IMG/VR virus record: IMGVR_UViG_3300026292_000006
Span: 1-64,000 of that record
Length of the DNA stretch: 64,000 nt
Source: a virus
Strand: one strand, 5' to 3'
Position 1 is the stretch's first letter. Each line of letters begins with the position of its first letter. The notes under the pieces were generated by a model. That model saw nothing but the letters and a program-made list of their open reading frames with translations. It was not told the DNA's origin and did no database searches. A program made the translations under genes and the position numbers. Positions 22,801-34,800 of the stretch are shown here, one piece after another.

Positions 22801-25800
22801 ATAAGTTGCATCACTTACGTTGTAAGGTGCAAGAGGAGTTGCTCCAACATTTACATCAAAGTTATTACCAGATACGTTGGAAATCTCAAGATACTTGTTA
22901 GATGCAGGGTCAGTGCTACGTGGATATGAGTGCTGAGTAGCATGTCCATCCATATCACAAGTGAAGATAATGGAGTTATCTGCTAACTTAATCATATCCC
23001 CATTACTGAATGGGTTGTTAGCAACAGTCAGTGTTAATACACCAGTAGTTGCAACGAATGATGCAGCAGTTGCAGTATACTTAGCATCTCCAGTATTCTC
23101 AATTACGATTGAATGGTCATATGCTCTGTCACGCTTTTGCTTAATGCTACTACCTACAGCAGACTGGAAGGCATGTGTATAAGCACCACCAGACTTGAAT
23201 GCTGCACGTTTGATAGCACCCTTATGAGCACGGATAAATGTATGAGCAGAAGTATTAGTAGAAGGAGTCTTATCGAGAACCTTAACACGGAATGTGTCAG
23301 TAGTTACGTTATCGATAGTTAACCATGTGCCAGATGAATAATCTGTAGGACGTGGATATACATGCTCAGTAGCATGTGAATCCTTATTACATGTAAAGAC
23401 TAAACTGTAATCCTCAAACTTAATTGCTTCACCGTTTGCCATACCATGATTCTCAACGGTAACAGTCATAAATCCTGTTGTGCCATTGTAAGAAATAGCA
23501 GTAGGTGTTACACCAGCATGCTTAATGAATGTATGAGCAGTTGTGTTGGTAGAAGGAGCACTACTTAAGATATTGAAGGAGATGCTACCTTGCTCAACAG
23601 CAGTAACTGTTACTGGAGTATTATATGCAGGGTCAGAAGTCCTTGGATATGCATGTAAAGTCTGATGATTATCTTGAGCACAAGTGAATACAAATCCTTC
23701 CTTAGCAATCCAAATCTTCTCACCAACCTCAACGTTATGAGGTCCTGTGATGACCTTCATCACACCTGTAGATGGGTTGTAATCAACATCTTGTGGGTCG
23801 TAACCTATGAATGGAGTCTTACCAACATTCACATCGAATGTATCAGTTGTTACATTCTTAAGTTTTAACCACTTACCAGATACAGGGTCAGAGGAGCGAG
23901 GATATGTATGGTCAGATGTATTACCATCAAAGTCGCAACGGAAGGTTAATCCATTATCATCAATCTTGATTAATGATCCATCATCAAGACCATGACCTGC
24001 AACAGTAAGAGTTAGATAACCAGTATCTCCATTATAAGAAGCATTGGTTGCAGTATGAGTATCAATAGTTGTGCGAGGATATGTATGGTTGCTACCGAAG
24101 CTGTCCTGAGCACATGTAAATGTTAGAGAACCATCTGCTAACTTGATATTCTGACCAGACTTAAGGTTATGAGCACCAATGTTAAGCTTTAACTTACCAG
24201 TATTAGGATCGTAATCTGCATCATTAACATTCTTAGTAGTATTAGCAGTTGTGCCAACGTTAATTCTAATAGTGTTAGCATCAACAACACTCAATTCTCT
24301 CCACTGTCTGCTAACTGGGTCAGATCCACGTGGATATGCTTTAGCAGATGAGTTACCATCCATTGTGCAAGTGAAGAGGATTGAATCATCCTCAATCATT
24401 ATCTTGTCACCAGCAGAGAAACTATGACCAGTAATTGTTAGGTCAAGGTTACCGTTAGATGGTGTATAAGATGCACCTGTTGGAGTATGGTGTGTTACAC
24501 CATTGCTGATAATCTTAAGAGACTCCTTATATGCAGGGTCAGTTACACGAGGATAAGTATGCTCAGTAGCATTACCATCCATTGAGCATGTAAATGTTAA
24601 TCCATCAGTAGCAAGTGAAACAGTATCATTTGCCTTCATAAAGGTTGCAAGAAGGACACTGTTTGTAGCAGCAGACTTAAATGTATGAGCAGTTGTGTTA
24701 GTAGATGGAGTGTTATTTAATACTTTAACATCAAATGTATCGTTAGTTCTAGCTAAGACTTTCAACCATCTATCGTTAGCTGGGTCAGTCTTTCTAGGAT
24801 AAGAGTGATAAGAAGCACCACTATCTTGCTGACATGTGAATGTGACAGCACCCTCATGAAGTTTGACATAGTTACCAATATGAATTCCATGATCTGCAGA
24901 AGTGATAGTCATCACACCTGTTGATGGATTATATGCAGCATCAGTAGGAGTGAGGTGAGTAGCAGATACAAACTTATGGTTATAATCACCACCTGTGTGG
25001 ATTGCACCAGAGTTAGCACTTACAAATGCATGAGCATAGTTACCACCAGCAATCACTGGAGTTAATCCAGCAGTACCAACGAAGATATGTTGTGTCTGGT
25101 TAGAAGACTTACCAACGTTAACACGAATCTTACCAGTCTGATGGTGAATACCATTAGCATCAGCAGATACAAATGTATGATTGTATACATCATTAACACC
25201 AGATATACCAACGTTAACATCTATAGTAGTTGCCTGAGCATTAGAAACTGTTAACCACTGGTCAAATGTTGGGTCAGTGACACGTGGATATGTGTGGTTA
25301 GTAGCGTTGTTATCCTTATCACATTTCAGTGTAATAGAATGAGGAGCAATCTTAATTCTGTCTCCATTAGACACACCATGAGATGCACCAAGAGTAATGG
25401 TCATTACACCTGTAGTTGGGATGTAATTTACATTAGTTGCTGTCTTTCTCTCACGAGTTACATCTTCAACCTTGATTGAATTCTGATAATATGGGTCAGC
25501 ACCAGCAGTGATTGCTAAATCACCAGAGTAGTTAGAACCAGATGCTCTAGGATATGTGTGGTTACTACCATGTCCATCCTGAGCACAAGTAAAGATTAGA
25601 GAATCATCGTCAATTCTGATTGAATCACCATCTCTCCATACAGCGTATGTGTGGACAGAAGATGCAGCAGCAGACTGGAATACGTGAGTTGTTACGTTAG
25701 TAGAAGGTACGTCAAATAAGACTTTAACATCAAATGTATTCGTTGTTACATTCTCAATAGGAATCCACTGACCAGATACAGGGTCAGTATTACGTGGATA

Positions 25801-28800
25801 TGGATGATCTGATGATTGACCATCTTGGTCGCAACGGAAGGTTACTGCATTATCATCAAGTTTAACTCTATCACCTTCAAGTAAACCATGACCATTAATA
25901 GTCAGAGTCATGATACCTGTTGTTGGGTTGTAACCAGCGTTAGTTGGAGTTAGAGCATTTTCAGCAACGAATGAATGGACGTGGTTTCCACCAGTCTGCA
26001 CACATCCACTAGCAGCAGATACAAATGTATGCTCAGTTGTATTAGAAGAAATACCAACCATCAATGTAACTGTGCCATCAGGTCTCTCAACACCAGAAGA
26101 CTTAGCAGATACAAATGTATGAGTAGAAGTGTCTTGAGACTTACCTACATGGACATCAAATGTATTTTGATTAACATTAGAAATAGGTAACCACTCATGA
26201 TGAGATGGGTCAGACATTCTAGGATATGCATGGTTGGTAGCATTACCATCCTTAGCACATGTAAATGTAATGGACTCAGGATCCATCTTAATCTTATCAT
26301 TTGCTTTCCAGATACCACCTTGAGAACCTGAGCTGAAGGTGTGGACTGTATCGTTAGTAATTGCATTATGTCCGAAGAAACGTCCAGTTGTGATATCAAA
26401 GTAATCACCTGTTACGTTATGGACAGTTACCCACTTACCGCTAATTGGGTCAGTGCTACGTGGATAGGTATGAGTTGTAGAATTATCATCCTTCTCACAT
26501 CTCCAAGTAACAGCACCATCTGTAAGCATGATTTTGTCTCCATCATGCAATCCATGACCTTGGACAAACAGGGTCATGACACTGGTTGTTACATCATAAC
26601 TTCCATCAGTAGCAGTCATAGTAGATGGAGCAGTAAACCCATGATTAGGTACTGTCAATGTCATTATACCCAACTGTGGGTTATAAGCTGCTGTAGTTAC
26701 TGTATGGAGAGATGTGCCAACTGAATGGACTGGAGTAGGTTTGTTATAAACTGGGTCAGCACCACTATTAAGAGTGTAGTTAGAACCAGATGCTCTAGGA
26801 TATGTGTGGTTAGTAGCATGGTCATCCTGAGCACAAGTAAATGTTAGAGAGTTAGTTTGTACTTTAACTGCATCACCACCCTTGATGATGTTTCCTCTAT
26901 GAATACTATTAGCAACAGCACTCTGGAATACATGAGTAGTTGTGTTTGTGCAAGGGACATTCTCTAGGACTTGAATACTGAAGTTAGTATTAGTGCAATT
27001 AAATACCTGAATCCACTTACCTGAAACAGGGTCAGTAGAGCGAGGATATGCATGGTCACTTGCTTGACCATCTTGGTCGCAACGGAATACTACTGCATTA
27101 TCAGAAATCTTAATGTAGTCACCATCTGAGAGGTAGTGAGTACCAGAAGTGATAGTCATCACACCAGTTGCTGTATCAAATGTAGCACCTGTAGGTGTAA
27201 TGCCAGTCTCAGGAATGAAGGTATGAGCAGACTGGTTAGTAGATGGGACAGAATTCAATACTTGGACATCAAATGTATCCTTAGTAACGTTAGTAACATC
27301 TAACCACTGAGTTGCAGCAGGGTCACCAACACGAGGGTAACGGTGCTCACTAAACCCACCGTCAAGGGTGCAATTGAAGTTGATAGAATTCTTAGCAATC
27401 ATAACTCTATCACCATTGCTGAATCCGTGGTCAACAATAGTAAGAGTCATAATACCCGTAGTTGGGTTATATGCAGCACTTGTATTATGATGTGTCTCAG
27501 GACCTTTCAACCAGTTGTTGCCCAGAGTCATCTTCATCAAACCTGTAGTAGGTGTGAAGTCAACAGCAGAAGGAGTTAAATTAACGCTAGTTGACATACC
27601 AACGTTAACATTAAATGTATTTGTTGTAGATCCAGTTACAGGTAACCATTGTCCAGCAACAGGGTCTGTAAGTCTTGGATATGAGTGCTCAGTTGCATTA
27701 CCATCCATGTCACATGTAAAGGTCAAGCTGTTAGGCTTAATCTTAACCATGTCACCATTACCAATATTATGTCCATTAGATGTGATGGTCATAATACCAG
27801 TAAGAGGATTATACTGAGCATTACTTACTGGATATCTGCTACGTCCACGTAAATCATGATTACCAATATGTAATACTAAGTCACCTGATAGAGGATCGTA
27901 ATCTGCATCTGTTGGTGTGAAATTAACCTGAGGTGTAGTACCAACATTAAGAGTAATACTATTAGAAGTTGTGCCAGTAATTGCAATAGGCTCATTATGT
28001 ACTGGGTCAGTTATCCTAGGATATGGGTGAATGGACTTATAGTTGTCCATTGCACATGTGAAGTTAAGAGAGTAAGGTGTAATCTTAACGTGTGTACCAG
28101 TGCTTAATTGGTGAGCACCAATAGTAAGAGTCAACTCACCAGTTGCTGAATTATAAGAAGCACCTGATGGTGTGAAATGTTTGATAGGAGACTCACCGAT
28201 ATTAACCTCGAATGAATCCTCAGTAGCATTCTCTACTGCCAACCACTTACCACTTGCAGGGTCAGTAGACCTTGGATATACGTGGTTAGTATAATGGTTA
28301 TCCATGTCACATGTGAATGTCATGGAGTTATCCTGAATCAGGATCTGGTCACCATTACCGAATCCATGCTTAGAAGCATGAATCTTAAGCATACCTGTTT
28401 TAGCGGTAAACTCAGCATCAGTTGCTACATGGTTAGTTGCCTCAACAAAGTTATGGTCACCAACATCAAGCATTAATTCTCCAGTTGCTTGGTCGTAGGT
28501 AGCATTAGAGACATCATATTCTCTCTTAGCAGTTTGACCAACTTGGACTTTAAAAGTATTGAGTGTTACTTCTTCAATTGCTAACCACTGGTCGCCAGCT
28601 GGATCCTTCTCTCTAGGATATCCATGATTAGACCCATGATTGTCCTGAGAGCATGTGAATACTAAAGATCCAGTATGAATCTTAACTTGGTCACCAGTAC
28701 TGAATCCATGTCCAGGAATAGTTACTTCAAGAATACCACTGTCAGGGTCATAGTCAGCATCAGTTGCAGTATGAGTTGTAGAATCAGCGAAGTTATGACT

Positions 28801-31800
28801 TGGTACTGTAACTGTCATTACACCCGAATGTGGGTTGTATGCAGCATCAGTAGGAGTGAATGGTAGAACTCCAACATCAATAATATCTACTGCTGTATTA
28901 CCAACAGGGTCACCAGAGCGAGGATATGAATGATTAGTAGCATTACCATCTTGTGTGCAACTAAAGATTAAGGAATTAGTCTTAAGTTGAATCTTAGTAT
29001 TATTAGTAAAGTCATGTGAACCAACATTCAATACTAGGTCACCAGTGCTTGCATCGTAATCAGCATGTGATACATCGTATGCAATCTTAGGTGTAGGTCC
29101 GACATTAACAACGAATGTATTAGTCTGTACTGGCTCTCCGTTTGGACGTGAGCTGGTAGTAACACCGAATCCAGCATAATCTGCATCAGCAAAGATACCA
29201 CTACCACCAGTTAAACCAGTGTTAGTCTGACCAGGTGTAGTTGCTTCACCAACAGGGGTGCCATCAATCCACATCTTAACACGTCCTGGACCAGTACCGA
29301 TGTCACCACCAACACGAATCTCAAATGATATTTCGTGGTCACCACCATCAAAGTAAGATGTTAGATTACTAATTTGTAGGTCAAGCATTGCAAGACCAGT
29401 ATCTGATGTATAAGAAGCACCACCAGAATATGAATTTGTTGCAGTACCTGCACGAAGTCTTAGATATGTGCCACTGTCTCTGATACCTAACCAAACACCA
29501 GAAGTTGCACTACCTGCTTCAAACAATGTGCAATCTACAGGAGAGGAACTTGGAAGTGTAGTTACAAGACGGAATACAGCATCTTCATCAGGTGTAATAC
29601 CAATACTACTATCTGAAGTGGAAATATTAGATTCACCGAAACTAAAGTCTCTAGTTAGGCTATTATTCATAGTGGTTGTAATACCACCACCTCCACCACC
29701 AGCACCTTGTCCAGTACCAGCTGGGTTAGAGATAAACAGTCTGTTAGTAGGCTTAGGTGTTGCGTCGTAGAATCTTTGATTTACTGAGTGACCAGCATTA
29801 TTAGTAATAATCTGATCCTTCATCGCACGGATTGCATATTCTTTTGCCTTATTAACAATCCATACAGACTCAGTTGCCTGAGATGTTACGTGTAGTAAGT
29901 TACCACCAGAGTTAACATAGAATTCTGTACCATACTGTAGGTAGTTGTTTCCACCATACTTAAGGTTGAATACCATTGCACGGAGGATATCAGTTACGTC
30001 ATGGACGCAGTTGATAGGACCACCAGGAATGTTTAACGACGGGAATTGTTTAGTGCCTTCTGCAACCGCTTGTTCAGCAATATAGCGTATGTTTCCATCA
30101 ATAGCATCTCCACAAAGTTTATAAACTTCTTCTCTAGGATTCTGCTCATAAGTTTCTACAGGTTTGAATTCTGGGTTACCCTCATCATGGTAGTCTCTAC
30201 CTAATGCATTACGCATTACAAGAGCACACATATCACGAAGTAGTTTAACTACAGTGATAGATGCTTCCCATTCACCTTCGATATGCTTAAGTGAGTTATC
30301 CTCTGTTTCGATATACAATGCAGCAGCATCGTATGTTTTCTCGTTACAGTCATACTGTATATCATGACTGATAGAATCAATCATGTCAAGTACGTCATCC
30401 TCACAGTTAACAGCCCCGCCAGGAATGTTGAGTCCTTCAAACTTAGAAAGGTCATTCATGACTCCAACAACTTCTTTAGCAATGACGTGCTTGTTACGTT
30501 GAATCATTTCAACAGCATCAAGGAATCTGTCATTTTGTGAGCGAGTTGCATAAGGGAATCCTTCATCCTCAATTACAATTGTGTCATCTCTATATGCAGT
30601 ATTAGTTGTGTATAGTGGTGAATAGTAATCCTCCTGAACTTGAGCAGGAACTCCAAACTCAGCAGCAACTTCACCTGGAGATAGAAGAAGGTTATTAAGT
30701 GCCTTCATGCAAAGCATCTTGGCAAACTCAATAGCGTCAAGCATAGGATTAATCTCATGCTCAACATGTAAAATGTTCTGGTTGGAATCTAGGTAGTTAT
30801 CGATGACATGTTGTGTCTGATAAGTACCACCTGTGCAAAGGTCATTAATTACAGCTGGGAGAATATGGTCTTTAATATCTCTCTCACAATATGGTTGACC
30901 ATATCCAGGCATTTCAAGGAAATCATAATTAGTAGAATTGATTGTCTGCTGATACTTGTTCTGAATATACTCAGCAGTTTCTTCTGCAATATAATCTCTA
31001 TTCTTCCAGATCAAGACACCTGAATCTCTAAACCTAACATCGTTAGGAGCAACAACTTCAAGTAAATCTCTACCTAATGCTTTAATATAATCCTGTACCG
31101 CAGTAGATGCAGGTGTAGAGAAGTTATTAGGTACTCTTAATTTACTTGTGTATGTACCAGCAAGATCTGAGCTTGTAGTTGTCAAGACTGTGATACAAAG
31201 GTCAACAACTTTATCCCATGTATACAATGCTTGAAGCACTTCTTCCTGAATGTGATCTAACTTACCTGAAGCAGTTAGATAAGTCCTTGCAGTATAAAGG
31301 GTATGATAGTTTCCACCTTCATGAAGGTCTTTAATGATAGCACCTAAGATGTAATCTTTAGTGTCTCTAATACATGTATTGGTACCACCGTAGAAATTAG
31401 AAGCAGGATCGTCACCTCTAATTGTAAAGTCACTAAACGTAGCCTTCATCATACCAACTGCTTCTTCAGCAATCCAAGGACCATTAAGGTCAAGGATATC
31501 TGCACAGTTTCTATATTCTTGACGACCTAAGTCAACATCTTCAATAATGATATCACGCTCATCATAATCAACTTTCTTAGCAGTAGCAGAAGAAGTATTC
31601 TGTCCAGTGTAAGTTGCATATACAGAAGTTGTAGATACAATAAATGGTGCTTCACCATCTAATCCTAGGACAATATTAAGTTCGTTAGGATCAAATTGAT
31701 TAGAAGGTGTAAATCCAGAAGAGTGGTCAGCAACACCTTTCTTAACGTAGAAGTTATCAATATGTCCAGTCCATCCACTTAAAGTCTGGAATGACATTCC

Positions 31801-34800
31801 AAGCCAGAATGGTGCATATTGGTAATCATTATTATCAGTCCAGTTAGCACCAACTTGAGCACCGTTAACATATGCCTGAGTAACGTTAGATGATCTAACA
31901 ATCTCAATATGATACCAAGTACCAGTTGTAGTGAATACGTTAGTAGAAGAGATACCTAAAGTTGTGCCATTATAAACTTTTAATTGTTGTCCATCAAAAC
32001 GGACATTAAGTCCAGAGTTAACATCAAGACGACGTAAATCAAACAGATATTGAGTACCAACGTTAACTCCTGGTCTAAACCAACCAGAGATAGTAAAGTC
32101 ACCTGTACCGAAGTTATAATCGTAACTATCAGCAGCAGCGATATATCCAGATGTAGGAATGTATATTGACTTAGTTCCTGTCAATTCTGGTTTCTTAACA
32201 ATCACAGACTGTGTTACAGCACCTTGGACTGTTAAGGTAGAATTGGTAATAATTTCATTTAACTGGAAGTTTCCAGTGATACCTGAGGTAAATATCCACT
32301 TAAGACCAGAGTTAGCACCAATAGAAGTAGCACTAGCACCAGATGTTACACCTTTAATTACATCACCAGTAGCAAACAATCCAGTGGACTTATCCTTATA
32401 TGCAAGTTTTGTAGTTCTTACAGTCTCACCATCTTGGAATGTACCATCTGTGATGCTTGCAAGTGCATTAACATTGGTAAGGTTACCAGCAGTCATTGCA
32501 GTAGTTGCAATACCAGCTAAGGTGTCAATATAGGTCTTAACGTTTGCACAGTTAGCAATATCCTGATTATTACCTGTACCGTAGTTTGCATCGTAACGAT
32601 GTGCAGGAGCAGTACCACCAGAGTAAGTAGTTGGGTCATTTAAGTTATATCCAATACCACTTAAATCCTTCCAATACATCAAGTTATTGATAGCACGTTT
32701 CGCCAATTCTGCTGCTTGTGTGAAAGCATGAACTGCTTCTGCTTCTTCACCAACAATACCGTTAGTTAGAGGCACACCAGCGTCATCGAAGAATTTCTTA
32801 GTGAATTCAACAATATTAAAGTTACCACCAGATCCAAGGTCGTTAGCAAGAGCATCAATCATATAACCAAGGTCACGACGACACTTCTCTTGGTGAGGTG
32901 AATATGTGCCTTCTGTTTCATCAGGCAATTCACCAAGGTTACCATTAGTAAGAGTAGTCTCTACAATATTCCATAAAGTAGTAACTGCTGCTTGGACATC
33001 AGAGCAATTGTTAGCATCGGTATTTGAAGCATTACTACCGTTTGTACCGTAATCATCGCCAGGTGAAGGGTCAGCAGTAATAGTAGTGTCTTGATATGCA
33101 GTCCAAGAGTCACCAGAGTTTACAGCACTGATTGTTCCTGAATACTGGTTAGCAAGAGCAGCATTCATTCTATCAGTCGCTTTTTCGTAAGCAAACTTAG
33201 TTTCTGCACTTTGGCCATTGATGTATGTGAAGGTGCCATTTACATCGAAGTACTGCTGACAGAACTTACGAGTATAGCGGTTACCACCTGCATACATGTC
33301 AATTGCTAATGCATCAACGAAATATTCAATATCTCTCTTACATTTTGCATCTGAAGGAATAGAAGAGCTAGGATACTGCGTCTTCATATCATCAAATGCC
33401 ATTCCAGCAATCATTGCTTTATTCTTCTGAATTAAGCGATATGCGTCTTTAAATCTACTCCAGTTGTTAGTAATAACATCTGAAGGGAAATAATAGTCAG
33501 GATAGTCAATTGCAATGCTTGCTTCGGCAAAATCGATGATTTCTTGCTTATTATTAGCAACGTTACGTTTTGCGTCTAAAAATCTGTTTCCAGCGATTCC
33601 GTGGAATGTAGAAACGGGGTTTCCATAATCTACGTCTTTAGAAACGATTCTATCGCCAACTTCGATATTTCCGTTAGCAAGATTGGTATAAGTGATTTCT
33701 GTAGTTCTTACTTCTTCAAAATCAAGGAAATCAGCGTTAATACGCTCTTCATCATTATAAAGCTCTGTAGGAGTAATAGAAGACTGTGAAATGTCATCTA
33801 GGATAACATTTGGATTTTCAAGACTTACAAGACGCTCAAACAGTAATCCGAAGAAAGTAGACCCTCTATTAATGATTAATTCGTCAACAACCTCAGAAGT
33901 GATAGGATCAACGTATGGAGAGATAAATGTAATCTGTCCAGCAATCTTAGAAGATGCAGAGTAGATATACTCGTTAAGTTTAAGATCAAAGATACCAGTC
34001 TCAAATTTAGCAGTACCTGAAGTCTTAGAAACAACTAGACGGTCATTTACAACACCATCGACAACGTTAGTCTCTTCAATGATAGCAGTGTCACCTTCAA
34101 GGTTAGTAACACTTTCACCGAATCTAAAGATAGTTTCAGTGTTAACTAGAGTTACAGATTCAACTAGAGCAGAGAAGATTTCACCTCTTACAATTTCTTC
34201 GTTAAGTTGGAAGGTACCAGGACCGACATTAATAACATCAATATGATTCAATCCTGAATCAATTACAGTACCAAAAGCATCAGAGAATACACCTTGGACT
34301 GTTTGTCCTAAAGTTGGGAAAATACCGTAGTTAGATCCACCACCAGAAGTGTAAAGTGCAATTCTGTAGATAGGTGTAGGAGTAACTCCTAAGATTCTAT
34401 AGTTAACTTTAGATGCTGGTTTAGGTGGCTCAGAGAATACTAAGTTAGGACCAACAACTTGATAAGATTCACCAGGTGCCTGAATAACACCGTTAAGTGT
34501 AATCATCAACTGATTCTGTTGGACAATTACTTGCTCACCTTCAACAGTAATTGGGAATTGCTTGTCTATACCATTAAACTGTGGTGAAATATCATCTAAT
34601 TTCTTAACAATAGAAGTTAAGATTTCCTCAGAAGATGTCAAACGCTTCTTACGGAAGAGAACCTCGGTATTGTTGTAATCAGTATAGATTGGTTGTGCAG
34701 CACCAAATGATGTGATTTGGTTTACATTACTATAGTTGTTAATGTTAACCTGTTTAGTAAACTCAGTACCAATCTTACGTCCAGATACGTCCTTACCACC

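Noticed and set aside
20580-29125. Recurring DNA motifs (e.g. GGATATGTGTGG, GCAGATACAAATGT) as a CRISPR array or DGR repeats
   Set aside because: They are in-frame codons of protein repeat motifs with irregular spacing and synonymous variation; no cas or RT genes.
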